Source: Kiritimatiellia bacterium (GTDB lineage: Bacteria; Verrucomicrobiota; Kiritimatiellia; RFP12; UBA1067). Taken from it: 48,799 nt of DNA. The notes below the pieces were generated by a model. It ran no database searches and was not told where the DNA came from. It saw nothing but the letters and a program-made list of their open reading frames with translations. Position numbers and translations under genes: made by a program. Positions 16,613 to 25,559 of this stretch are shown piece by piece. Where the stretch lies: positions 1 to 48,799 of the forward strand of contig JAEDMN010000002.1 in NCBI GenBank assembly GCA_016302985.1. Reading direction: 5' to 3'. Positions within the stretch are counted from its first letter, which is position 1. The number at the start of each line of letters is the position of its first letter.

Positions 16613-17341
16613 ATGCGTCTGCTGCGCAGTCTCCTCGCCGCCGTCTTCTTCGTCCTCTACGGCCTGGGCGGCCTGGTCATCGGCGGGCTGCTCTTCCCGC
16701 CGCTGTCGCTGCTGGGGCGCAGGCGGGCGATGCGGGCGCTCGTGCGGGCGAGCTGGCGGCTCTTCGTGTGGGGCGGACGGGTGACGGGTCTGTTCCGCGT
16801 GCGGATTTCGCCCGAGGACCGGCGCCGGCTGGCGTCCGCGCGCGGCGTCGTGGTCGTCGCGAACCACGTCTCGCTCATCGACATCGTCGTCCTCATGTCC
16901 ATCCTGCCCGACGCGACGGCGGTCGCAAAGGCCGCCGCGCGGTCGAATTTCTTCTACTCGCTGATCGTTCGCGGCGTCTTCCTCGTGAACGACGATCCCG
17001 TCGGCGTGCTGGGCGACGCGAAGGCGCTGCTCGTGGCCGGAACCTCCCTCGTCGTCTTCCCGGAGGGGACGCGGGTTCCTGCCGATGCGCCCGGGCGCAA
17101 GCTCCGGCGCGGCGCGGCCCAGATCGCGCTGCACGCGGGCGTACCGCTGCTGCCTGTCTTCATCGAGGTCGAGCCGCCGGTGCTCGCGAAGGGCCAGCCC
17201 TGGTTCGATGTCGCGGACCGCACGATCTCCTGGACGCTCCGCCTGCGCGAGGAGATCCCCGTCTCCCCCGCGGCCGGCTCGGGCACGCATGCCGCGGCCG
17301 TCTCGCTCACCCAGGCCATTTATGATAGACTATGGCCATGA
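16613..17341 (+). CDS. Lysophospholipid/1-acyl-glycerol-3-phosphate acyltransferase family protein (PlsC-type)
   Basis: N-terminal TM helix. ANHVSLIDI (HX4D block) and VVFPEGTR block. Confidence 0.85.
   Translation: MRLLRSLLAAVFFVLYGLGGLVIGGLLFPPLSLLGRRRAMRALVRASWRLFVWGGRVTGLFRVRISPEDRRRLASARGVVVVANHVSLIDIVVLMSILPDATAVAKAAARSNFFYSLIVRGVFLVNDDPVGVLGDAKALLVAGTSLVVFPEGTRVPADAPGRKLRRGAAQIALHAGVPLLPVFIEVEPPVLAKGQPWFDVADRTISWTLRLREEIPVSPAAGSGTHAAAVSLTQAIYDRLWP
17323..17331 (+). promoter_or_regulatory. Box TGATAGACT, 6 nt before ATG 17338, inside the 3' end of the acyltransferase gene
   Basis: Same box and spacing as the leaderless promoters. However, ATG 17338 also overlaps the upstream stop (ATGA), so translational coupling is an alternative explanation. 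Confidence 0.3.
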
Positions 17342-17898
17342 GGATCCTCGGTTTCCTGCTTGCGGCCCTGTTCCTGGCCGGATGTTCCACGACGACCCTG
17401 CGTGCGCGCCCGCAGACGGTGCGCGCCGCCGGCGCGGAGCTTGACGCGACGCCGCTCGTCGAGGCCCTGCTGGACTGGAAGGGGACGCGCGTGCAGGCCG
17501 TGAATGGAGCCTGGCGCGACCGCGCGTTTCAGGCCCAGTGCGTGATGAAGGGCGACGGTTCGAAGCTCCGGGTCGTCTTCCTCGCGCCCCAGCTGCGCCT
17601 GGTCACGATCACCGTCACGCGGCCGCACGCCGTCCAGTGCGAACGCGCGCCGCAGATTCCGGATTCCTTCGAGCCCGAATACGCGCTGGCCGACCTGGCC
17701 TACGTGAACCTCGATACGCCGACGCTGCGGCGCGTCCTCGCGCCGGCTCTCCGCGTGGAGGAACGGGGGGACCTGCGCCGCATCCTCACCGCAGGCGGGG
17801 AACCGGTGGCGGAGGTCGTCCGTCCGGCGACGGGCGACTGGACGTTCCGCAATCTGGAGCACGGCTACACCTACACCCTGAAGACGATTGGGAACTGA
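17338..17898 (+). CDS. Lipoprotein (DUF3261-like, the type that accompanies aryl-polyene/lipid export modules)
   Basis: MRILGFLLAALFLAGCS lipobox. About 186 aa. The family assignment is from context and general similarity recalled from memory. Confidence 0.65.
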   Translation: MRILGFLLAALFLAGCSTTTLRARPQTVRAAGAELDATPLVEALLDWKGTRVQAVNGAWRDRAFQAQCVMKGDGSKLRVVFLAPQLRLVTITVTRPHAVQCERAPQIPDSFEPEYALADLAYVNLDTPTLRRVLAPALRVEERGDLRRILTAGGEPVAEVVRPATGDWTFRNLEHGYTYTLKTIGN

Positions 17899-17900
17899 CG

Positions 17901-18842
17901 ATGGCGGAGCTGGCGAACCTGAGAATCGAGGCCGTGTGCGGCTGCGTGCCGGCGAATGTGGTCGACAACCTGGAGATGTGCACGGCCCTGGTCGGCGCGC
18001 CCAGGGCCGCGGCGATCGTCAAGTCGACGGGATTCCCTTTCCGCCGTGTGCTGACGCCGGGGCGGACCGTGTTCGACCTCCTGCTGCCCGTCGCCCGGCA
18101 GGTGCTCGCGGGCGTGGATCCGGCCACCGTCGGCGGCGTGGTCGCGGTCAGCTTTTCCTCGCCCTCCCGCTTCCCGGCGCTGTCCGTCAGACTGCAGCAT
18201 GTGCTCGGTCTGCCCGCGGACGTCGCGGCGCTCGACCTGCAGCTGGCGTGCGCCGGCTGGCCCTACGGGCTCTTCGTCGCGGGGCAGCTCGCCGCCGCGA
18301 CGGGGCGCCGCGTGTTGCTCGTGGACGGGGACGCGCAGTCTGCGCACGTGGACGTGGCGGATGTCAACACGCTCGCGGTCATGTCCGACGCCGCGGCCGC
18401 GACGCTCGTCTCCGCCACGGGCGGGGCCCCCGCGCGCTTCGCCTTCCTGACGGATGGCGCCGGCGGGGACGTCCTCTCCTGCGGTCCCGACGGAAAGATC
18501 CGCATGGACGGCTTCGGGGTCTTCCGCTTCGTGGCGGGGCCCGTGACGGGCTTCCTCGGAAACTTCCTGAAGACGCTGCCGTCCGTGCCGGACCTCTTCG
18601 CACCCCACCAGGCGAACATGTACATGGTGCGTCAGATGGCGAAGTCGCTCGGGCTTGCCGACAGGCTGGTGACGAGCGGCGAACGCTTCGGGAATCCCGG
18701 TTCGTGCTCCGTCGGCCTCACGCTCGCCGCGAACGGAGGTTCCGGCCGGGCGCTGCTCGCGGGGTTCGGCGCGGGCCTCGCGGCGTCCGCCGCCTGGGTC
18801 GAGCTGCCGCCGGACTGCCGTCGCGGCGTGCTGGAAATTTAA
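17901..18842 (+). CDS. 3-oxoacyl-ACP synthase III (FabH/KAS III-like)
   Basis: Cys-His-Asn triad contexts: DLQLACAGWPYG, APHQANMYMV, FGNPGSCSVG. 313 aa. Confidence 0.8.
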   Translation: MAELANLRIEAVCGCVPANVVDNLEMCTALVGAPRAAAIVKSTGFPFRRVLTPGRTVFDLLLPVARQVLAGVDPATVGGVVAVSFSSPSRFPALSVRLQHVLGLPADVAALDLQLACAGWPYGLFVAGQLAAATGRRVLLVDGDAQSAHVDVADVNTLAVMSDAAAATLVSATGGAPARFAFLTDGAGGDVLSCGPDGKIRMDGFGVFRFVAGPVTGFLGNFLKTLPSVPDLFAPHQANMYMVRQMAKSLGLADRLVTSGERFGNPGSCSVGLTLAANGGSGRALLAGFGAGLAASAAWVELPPDCRRGVLEI

Positions 18843-18852
18843 GGAAAAGCAG

Positions 18853-19380
18853 ATGGACAAGAAACTTGAAGACTACGTGATTTCGATCCCGGACTTCCCG
18901 AAGCCCGGCATCCTGTTCCGCGACGTGACGGGCGTGATCGGGGACCCCGTCGGATTCCGCCTCGCCGTCGACGCGCTCTGCCGGCGCCTGGAGGGCGTGG
19001 CGTTCGACCTCGTCGCCGGCATGGAGTCCCGCGGCTTCATCTTCGGCGCGCCCGTGGCCTGCCGGCTCGGGAAGGGCTTCCTGCCCGTGCGCAAGCCGGG
19101 GAAGCTGCCCCGCGCGACCGTCTCCGAAAGCTACGCGCTCGAGTACGGCACCGCCACGCTCGAGATCCACCGGGATGACATCCGGCCCGGACAGAAGGTC
19201 GTGCTCGTGGACGACCTGCTGGCGACCGGCGGAACCGCCGCGGCCGCGGCGCGCCTGGTCGAACGCCTGGGCGGCACCGTCGTGAAGGTCCTCACGCTCA
19301 TCGAGCTCGTCGATCTCGGCGGGCGCGCGCGTCTTTCCCACTACCCCGTCGACTCCGTCGTCGGCTTCCCCGGACATTGA
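18853..19380 (+). CDS. apt: Adenine phosphoribosyltransferase
   Basis: IPDFPKPGILFRDVT, GMESRGFIFG, VLVDDLLATGGT PRPP motif. Confidence 0.95.
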   Translation: MDKKLEDYVISIPDFPKPGILFRDVTGVIGDPVGFRLAVDALCRRLEGVAFDLVAGMESRGFIFGAPVACRLGKGFLPVRKPGKLPRATVSESYALEYGTATLEIHRDDIRPGQKVVLVDDLLATGGTAAAAARLVERLGGTVVKVLTLIELVDLGGRARLSHYPVDSVVGFPGH

Positions 19381-19385
19381 TTGCC

Positions 19386-20612
19386 ATGACTGTCACGCTG
19401 AAGATCGAGAAGAACGTGTATGGCGGGGACGGCCTCGGCCGTCTCGGCGACGGACGCGTGTGCTTCGTCCCCGGCGCCTTCGCGGGCGAGACCGTGAAGG
19501 TCGAGCTGGTCGAACAGAAGAAGAAGTTCGTGAAGGCGCGCCTGGTCGGGATCGAAAGCGCCTCGCCCGACCGCGTCGAGCCGGGACCGACCGTGCCCGG
19601 CATGGTGTACGCGGGCGTCGCGTACCCGGCCGAGGTCCGCATGAAGCAGGATCAGCTCGAGAACTTCCTCCGGAAGGTCTCGAAGACCGTGCTGCCGCTG
19701 GACGTCGTGCCGGCGCCCCGTCCCCAGAACTACCGCAACAAGGTGGTCTACCATACTGAACGGCGGGACGGCCGCTGGGTGCTCGGCTACCGCACGGAGC
19801 CCGAGCACCGCGTGGTCGACGTGCTCCAGGACCCGCTCGCCTGTCCGGAGATCAACGCGGAGCTCCCCGCGATCCGCGCGAGCGTCTTCGCTCTGCTGAC
19901 GCAGGGGCCCCGTGCGGTGCGCCAGAGCGCGAAGAGCGCGGAGAACGTGACGGTCCGCTGGACGGCGATCGACGGCGTCAAGTGGTGGATGGGCGACGCG
20001 CCGCAGGGCGTCGAGCTGCACGAGACGACGGACGGGCGCCGCTTCCGCGTGTCGGCGGACGGCTTCTACCAGGTCAACCCGGTCGTCGGGGACATGCTGG
20101 TGAAGGCCGTGCGCGAGGCGTACGCGGACGGCGCGGCCGAGGCCGCGCATCTCCTTGACCTGTACTGCGGCGTGGGCGTGTTCGGCCTCTGCTGCCTCGC
20201 GGGCGGCGCGGCGCCGGACGGCGTGGAGCGCCGGCTGGTCGGCATCGAGTCCGGCCGGTCCGCCGTCGCGAGTGCGAAGCGCAACGCCGAGGCGATGGGC
20301 GTGAAGGGCAACTTCTTCTGCGAACGCGTCGGCGCGAGCCTGAGCCGCATCAAGGTCGGTCCGCACCACACGGTGATCGTCGACCCGCCGCGCGGCGGGA
20401 TGGAGCCGAACGTCCCCGGCTGGCTCGCGAACCGGCCGGCGAAGCGGCTCTTCTACGTGAGCTGCGACCCGGCGACGCTCGTGCGCGACCTGACGACGCT
20501 CGTCAGGACGTACGAGATCAAGCGCGTGAAGCTCTTCGACATGTTCCCGCGGACGGCGCGCTTCGAGACGTTCGTCCAGCTGGAACGCCGCGCGGCGGCC
20601 CGTCAGGCCTGA
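19386..20612 (+). CDS. TRAM-domain RNA (uracil-C5)-methyltransferase (RlmD/RlmCD/TrmA family)
   Basis: TRAM-like N-terminus (GDGLGRLGDGRVCFVPGAFAGETVKV), FYQVN, DLYCGVGVF, VDPPRGG, YVSCDPATLVRD. I do not see the Fe-S cysteine cluster of RlmD. Confidence 0.85.
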   Translation: MTVTLKIEKNVYGGDGLGRLGDGRVCFVPGAFAGETVKVELVEQKKKFVKARLVGIESASPDRVEPGPTVPGMVYAGVAYPAEVRMKQDQLENFLRKVSKTVLPLDVVPAPRPQNYRNKVVYHTERRDGRWVLGYRTEPEHRVVDVLQDPLACPEINAELPAIRASVFALLTQGPRAVRQSAKSAENVTVRWTAIDGVKWWMGDAPQGVELHETTDGRRFRVSADGFYQVNPVVGDMLVKAVREAYADGAAEAAHLLDLYCGVGVFGLCCLAGGAAPDGVERRLVGIESGRSAVASAKRNAEAMGVKGNFFCERVGASLSRIKVGPHHTVIVDPPRGGMEPNVPGWLANRPAKRLFYVSCDPATLVRDLTTLVRTYEIKRVKLFDMFPRTARFETFVQLERRAAARQA

Positions 20613-22021
20613 CGCGGCTTCCGTTCGGCCGTCGGCGGCTCCTGCTCCGGCTTCCGGTGAAGCTGCAGGCGGACCTTGGCGGCCATTTTCGGCCCCGCCG
20701 ATGCGGGCTCGGCCGGCTCCGGTGCGGGCTCCGCGCCCGCCACGCCGGGGAGGCGGTAGCGGTCCGCCACGGCGCCGTTTCCGCCGTTCCACGCCGCGCG
20801 GGGTGCCGTCGCCGCATCAGGGGCGCCGTCGTCCCACTCGGTCGCCCCGGCTGCGGGCGCGGTGCGCAGGCGGCGGCGGATCCAGAGGACGAGCGTGAGG
20901 AGGGCGGCCGTCGCGACTGCGACGACGAGGCCCTGGACGTCCTGGAAATGCTGGACCTGCTCGGGGGACAGGCCCTGCGCGTCGGCACCCATCAGGTGCG
21001 GCACGCCGCGGACGACGGCCACGGCGGCCTGGTTGAGGGCATCCCGGAAGAAGTGGCTCGCCATGTAGGCCGTCAGCGCGCACTGGCCGAAAAGCGTGAA
21101 GAGCCCGAGGCCGGCGCGGAACTTCGCGATGTCCGCGACCACGTAGAGCGATGCGAGGAGGAGCGTGCTCCAGCCCATCGCCTGGCAGGTGAAGCTCGCG
21201 GTGTAGATGTGCTTGATCGGCGGGACGACCGGGACGAGCGCCCAGCCAAGCCCGAGGAGGACCGCGCCGGCGAGGAAGAGGACGAGGGCCTTGCGACGGG
21301 GCTCCCAGGCGCCGCGCAGGATTTCCGCGCACTGCGCGCCGCAGAGCGTCATCGCGCCGAACATGAGGCTCGTCAGCCACCAGGTGTAGTGGAACTTGCT
21401 CGAACCGGCGACGGTTTCGGCGGTCAGTCCGGCGATGCCCCGCGCAATCTCGCTGGACGGCGGCAGAAGGGCGGCCAGCACCTTCTTCTCGACGATGAAG
21501 GCGAAGTTGCCCGTGGTCGAGTAGTCGCCGAGGAAGTGGAGAAGCGCGCCGTAGACCGCCGCGAGGAGGACGGGGGCGAGGATTCGGACGGCGCGGACGG
21601 GAATCGCGAAGACGACGGCCGCGACGAGGTAGCCGGCGGCGATTGACTGGAGGGTGTTGCTATAGGGGTAGATTCGGTTCACGTCGAGCGTGGCGAGGTC
21701 GCCCTGGACGAGGAGTCCGCAGAACCAGAGGAAGGCGACGCGCAGGGCGACGTGCTTCCAGTAGGACGCCGTGGGCCTCCCCGCCTCCATGCGCTTCGAC
21801 AGGGCGAAGGGGACGGCTGCGCCGCACATGAAGATGAAGAGCGGCATGATGATGTCCCAGAGCGTGAACCCGCCCCACGGGTGCTTGAACTGCCGCGTCA
21901 CGGCTTGCGAGAACGGCGTCAGGCGGTGAAGGGCCCAGAAGAGGGGGCCGACGACCGTCAAAAGGAACATGTCGAGCCCGCGCAGGAGGTCGAGCGAAAA
22001 GAGCCTTCCGTTGTTTTTCAT
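20603..22021 (-). CDS. Polytopic membrane acyltransferase, heparan-alpha-glucosaminide N-acetyltransferase-like (DUF1624/DUF5009)
   Basis: RLFSLDLLRGLDMFLL N-terminus, about 10 hydrophobic helices, and an Ala/Pro-rich C-terminal tail. The 3' end overlaps the convergent methyltransferase gene by 10 nt. Confidence 0.7.
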   Translation of the reverse strand: MKNNGRLFSLDLLRGLDMFLLTVVGPLFWALHRLTPFSQAVTRQFKHPWGGFTLWDIIMPLFIFMCGAAVPFALSKRMEAGRPTASYWKHVALRVAFLWFCGLLVQGDLATLDVNRIYPYSNTLQSIAAGYLVAAVVFAIPVRAVRILAPVLLAAVYGALLHFLGDYSTTGNFAFIVEKKVLAALLPPSSEIARGIAGLTAETVAGSSKFHYTWWLTSLMFGAMTLCGAQCAEILRGAWEPRRKALVLFLAGAVLLGLGWALVPVVPPIKHIYTASFTCQAMGWSTLLLASLYVVADIAKFRAGLGLFTLFGQCALTAYMASHFFRDALNQAAVAVVRGVPHLMGADAQGLSPEQVQHFQDVQGLVVAVATAALLTLVLWIRRRLRTAPAAGATEWDDGAPDAATAPRAAWNGGNGAVADRYRLPGVAGAEPAPEPAEPASAGPKMAAKVRLQLHRKPEQEPPTAERKPRQA

Positions 22022-22027
22022 ATCCCC

Positions 22028-22036
22028 ATTCTAGCA
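22028..22036 (-). promoter_or_regulatory. Extended -10 box TGCTAGAAT (minus strand), 6 nt before ATG 22021 (leaderless geometry)
   Basis: Minus strand reads GTGCTAGAATGGGGATATG. Confidence 0.5.
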
Positions 22037-22054
22037 CATCCGCACGGTTATGTG

Positions 22055-22063
22055 TGATATACT
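22055..22063 (+). promoter_or_regulatory. Extended -10 box TGATATACT for the CotH-like operon
   Basis: Divergent from the 22028 box, with 18 bp between the boxes. An ATG at 22071 lies 7 nt downstream (see the uORF finding). Confidence 0.5.
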
Positions 22064-22090
22064 AGGCCAAATGCACGATGGGGGTTCCAG

Positions 22091-25000
22091 ATGAAGATTA
22101 CAGCTGCCGCATGTTTCGCGCTCCTCTCCGGCCTGTCCGTCGCCGGTGGGGGGGACGCCACGGTCCAGACGCCCTGGTTCGACGAGACCTACACGTCGTT
22201 CAAGGTCGAACGCGCCGACAAGTGGGTGACGGACGCAGGCGCCTGGCGCAGGAGCGCGACCGACCAGACCGTCTTCTCGAACCAGGTCATGCACCTCGAC
22301 ACGCGCGGGAACGACTTCCTGCTCGAGCCGGGCCCCTACAGGACGAGCACGAAGAACCAGGCCGTCGCGGTGACGAGCCGCATGACGTTCGTCGCCTGCC
22401 GCGACGGCGAGGAGTGGAGCTACACGAACGCCACGCCGCACGCCGCGATCGCGATGCGCTACGTCGCCGAAACGGACTCCCTGACGTTCATCGGCTGGAA
22501 GGCGACGCGCGACGGCAGCGTGATCAAGGGCCGCTGGCTCGACCTCTCCGCGCCCGGCGTGACGCCCGTCGAGAACACGTACTACGACGTGACGATCGAC
22601 AGCGACTACTCGTGCATCCCCACGCGCGTGCGCTATTCCGTGAACGGCCAGGTGCTGGCGTCCGCGGACGGCGAGACGTGGTTCTCCTCCCGAGGCGGCT
22701 CGCTCGACCCGTCCCAGGCGACGAAGCAGAACAAGTGCGCGAAGTACGTCGGTTTCCGCGGGCGGGGCGAAGTCGGCCGCGTGACGGGCGTCCAGACCGC
22801 GGCCCGAGCGGCCCGTGCGACGGTCGCGTTCAACGCGCTGTCGCGCCCGCGTCCCGGCAGCGTCGCCACCTTCTCCGTCTCCACGAACGACGGACAGGCG
22901 TTGACGGGCGACCTGAGCTATTCCTGGTACCTGGTCGACGCGGCCGGCATGCGTCAGCCCGCGAAGGCGGGCGAGACGGGCGCCTCCTACACGCTCGCGG
23001 CGGACGACTTCGGGCACTGGGTCGCGGTGGACGTCGCGGACGCGAACGGCTATGCCGGCACGGGGCGCTTCTGGTTCAGCAATCTGCCCGTGGTCTACAT
23101 GGACGTCGGCACGGCGGACGGCTACGAGATGTCGGACGACGGGACGGCGCAGCTCAACACGACCTACTTCTGGGCCGACGAGGGCGACAACTTCACGGCG
23201 CTCAAGGTCGAGGCGGGGGCGGATCTCGCCCCAATCCGCGAGCAGTACGGCAATCTCTTCGTCGAGAAGACGGTCATGACCTGGCCCTCCAGCAAGAAGG
23301 AGACCCATGCCGGCAAGATCACGATCCTCGGCAACGGAGAGTATCCCGACCAGGTCTCCAACATGGACTTCACGATCCACGTGCGCGGCAACTCGACCGC
23401 CGGCGCGGACAAGAAACCCTACAAGATCAAGCTCGGCAAGAAGACGGACCTCTTCGGCCTCGGCGACGGCGTCAAGAACAAGCACTGGGTGCTGCTCGCG
23501 AACTGCTTCGACGAGTCGCTCATGCGCAACAAGCTCAGCTACGACCTCTCCGGGGTGCTGGGCGCGCCCGTCTGGATGAAGAGCGAGTGGGTGGACGTCG
23601 TGATGAACGGCCAGTACGTCGGCAACTACCAGCTCTGCCAGCACATCCGCGTCGGCGAGGACCGCATCCCGATCTACGAATGGGACGGCGGCAAGGTCGC
23701 CGAGAACGCGGCGGCCGTCTACTCCTGGCTCACGGCGGACGACGAGGCGGCCATCGACGCGCTGCTCGAGACGAACTGCACGTGGATCACCTCCGGCCGG
23801 TTCTCCTACGGTGGCACGAACTTCGTCATCTCCGCGAACAAGAAGGTCAAGGACACGCCGACGTTCGACAAGGACGGCAGCGCCCTCGTCTACTGGAAGG
23901 AATGGAACGGGGGCGTCGCGACGGGCGGCTACGTGTTCGAAATCGACCAGAAGAAGGTGAAGGGGGGCAGTTCGCCCGCGCCGTCGAACTTCATCCAGAA
24001 CAACAAGGGCGCGGCCGGCACGCTCCAGCTGAACGTCGCGATGAACACGCCCGAGTACGGCTTCACCAACCCGGCGATCAGCAACTTCGTGTGGGACGCC
24101 TGGTGGAACCTCGGCCAGGCCTGGATGTCCGGCACGGGCTGCAATGCGGACGGCGTGCACTATTCCGAACTCGCGGACGTCGACTCGATGGTCGCCTACT
24201 GGCTCTCGCAGTACCTGCCCGGCAACGACGACGCCGCGGCCTACAGTCGCTACGCCTACATGGACGTCGGCGGGAAGATGGTCTTCGCCCCGGCCTGGGA
24301 CTTCGACTACGGCCTCGGCTCGCTGCAGATCCGCATTCGCTCCGCCGCGACGACGAACGTCGACGGCCGTGTGACCTACGCGCCCATCCAGCCGGAGAAG
24401 TGGATCCCCGGCGGCGGCAGCGCCAACTTCATGGCGACCTGGACGCAGGACCCCTATTTCGTCTTCCGGCTGCGCGAGAAGTACCTCGCAATACGCGGCT
24501 ATCTGGCCGACATGGTGAAGGACGGCGGTCTGATCGACTCGTACATCGAGAAGCTCGGACCCTCGGCCCGCGCGAACGACCTGCGCTGGAACAACCGCAT
24601 CGGCTTCTTCGGCGACGCGAACGAGCCCGGCGACGTGGCGGTGCTCCGCGAATTCCTGACGCGCCGCTTCGCCTGGTTCGACCAGAAGTTCGCGACGGTC
24701 GGCATCGCGGTCTCCAATGTCTCGCAGTGCACGTACGCCTTCACGAAGCTGCACTACGCCCGCAGCGCGGAGCTCCTGCCCGCCTTCGCCGACGCGGAGC
24801 CGAACGCCGCGTCCGTCGAGACAGACGTCGTCGATGTCGGCACGAAGCTTGCGCGCGCGCCCGTCGCCGTGTCCGTCGCCGTGCCGGCGTCCGACGCGAA
24901 GTCGCTGGACGTCCACGTCAACGGAATCTTCCGCGGCTCCACGCCCGTTTCGTCCGGATCTGCGCGGATCTACCTATCCCCCGACGCCCTCGAGACGGGG

Positions 25001-25528
25001 AGGACGAACCTCGTCGCGTTCAGTGCGAAGAAGGCGGACGGCACGGTCGTGCTGCGCAACGTCGCGCTGCTCGCGTGCACGACGCCCGACCGTCTCGCGG
25101 AGGCGGATGGGGGCCACGGAGTCGAGATCGCCTGGCTGGCGGACGTCTGGGCGGACTTCAAGGCCGCCAACCCCAAGACGGAGCTCGTCGCGCCGGTCTC
25201 GTACGAGGACTACCTCGCCTTTGCGACGGGTCCCTCCCCGTACGGCAAGTCCGCGCCGCTCTTCTACGACTACCTGGCCGGCACGTCGCCCGCCGATCCG
25301 GAGGACAGTCTGCGCGTCCACATCGCGATGCAGGCGGACGGAACGCCCGTCGTCTCGTGGACGCCGGACACGCCCGCGCTTCGCGCGACGCGCGCCTACG
25401 CGCTCTGGGGCGCGCCCGGTCTGGACTCGGCCCGGTGGGCCCGCACCGACGCGCAGCGGCCCGACGCGGCTTTCTGCGCCACCAACCGTTTCTTCCGGAT
25501 CAGCGTCGGGCTGCCGGCGGCCCGGTGA
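22091..25528 (+). CDS. Large secreted CotH-kinase-family protein with an N-terminal LamG-like module and a C-terminal sorting-like domain
   Basis: Signal peptide MKITAAACFALLSGLSVA. Central blocks: KHWVLLANCFDESLMRNKLSYDL, VDVVMNGQYVGNYQLCQHI, FAPAWDFDYGLGS (CotH-like). C-terminus: YDYLAGTSPADPEDSL...NRFFRISV. Confidence 0.7.
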   Translation: MKITAAACFALLSGLSVAGGGDATVQTPWFDETYTSFKVERADKWVTDAGAWRRSATDQTVFSNQVMHLDTRGNDFLLEPGPYRTSTKNQAVAVTSRMTFVACRDGEEWSYTNATPHAAIAMRYVAETDSLTFIGWKATRDGSVIKGRWLDLSAPGVTPVENTYYDVTIDSDYSCIPTRVRYSVNGQVLASADGETWFSSRGGSLDPSQATKQNKCAKYVGFRGRGEVGRVTGVQTAARAARATVAFNALSRPRPGSVATFSVSTNDGQALTGDLSYSWYLVDAAGMRQPAKAGETGASYTLAADDFGHWVAVDVADANGYAGTGRFWFSNLPVVYMDVGTADGYEMSDDGTAQLNTTYFWADEGDNFTALKVEAGADLAPIREQYGNLFVEKTVMTWPSSKKETHAGKITILGNGEYPDQVSNMDFTIHVRGNSTAGADKKPYKIKLGKKTDLFGLGDGVKNKHWVLLANCFDESLMRNKLSYDLSGVLGAPVWMKSEWVDVVMNGQYVGNYQLCQHIRVGEDRIPIYEWDGGKVAENAAAVYSWLTADDEAAIDALLETNCTWITSGRFSYGGTNFVISANKKVKDTPTFDKDGSALVYWKEWNGGVATGGYVFEIDQKKVKGGSSPAPSNFIQNNKGAAGTLQLNVAMNTPEYGFTNPAISNFVWDAWWNLGQAWMSGTGCNADGVHYSELADVDSMVAYWLSQYLPGNDDAAAYSRYAYMDVGGKMVFAPAWDFDYGLGSLQIRIRSAATTNVDGRVTYAPIQPEKWIPGGGSANFMATWTQDPYFVFRLREKYLAIRGYLADMVKDGGLIDSYIEKLGPSARANDLRWNNRIGFFGDANEPGDVAVLREFLTRRFAWFDQKFATVGIAVSNVSQCTYAFTKLHYARSAELLPAFADAEPNAASVETDVVDVGTKLARAPVAVSVAVPASDAKSLDVHVNGIFRGSTPVSSGSARIYLSPDALETGRTNLVAFSAKKADGTVVLRNVALLACTTPDRLAEADGGHGVEIAWLADVWADFKAANPKTELVAPVSYEDYLAFATGPSPYGKSAPLFYDYLAGTSPADPEDSLRVHIAMQADGTPVVSWTPDTPALRATRAYALWGAPGLDSARWARTDAQRPDAAFCATNRFFRISVGLPAAR

Positions 25529-25559
25529 TCCAATCCATTCAAAGCGAAAGGTTTCTGAC

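Noticed and set aside
20603-20612. 10-nt overlap of the convergent 3' ends of the methyltransferase and membrane acyltransferase genes.
   Set aside because: The acyltransferase tail is low-complexity Ala/Pro-rich, so the true stop may be as annotated without functional meaning. Short convergent overlaps are common in compact GC-rich genomes.
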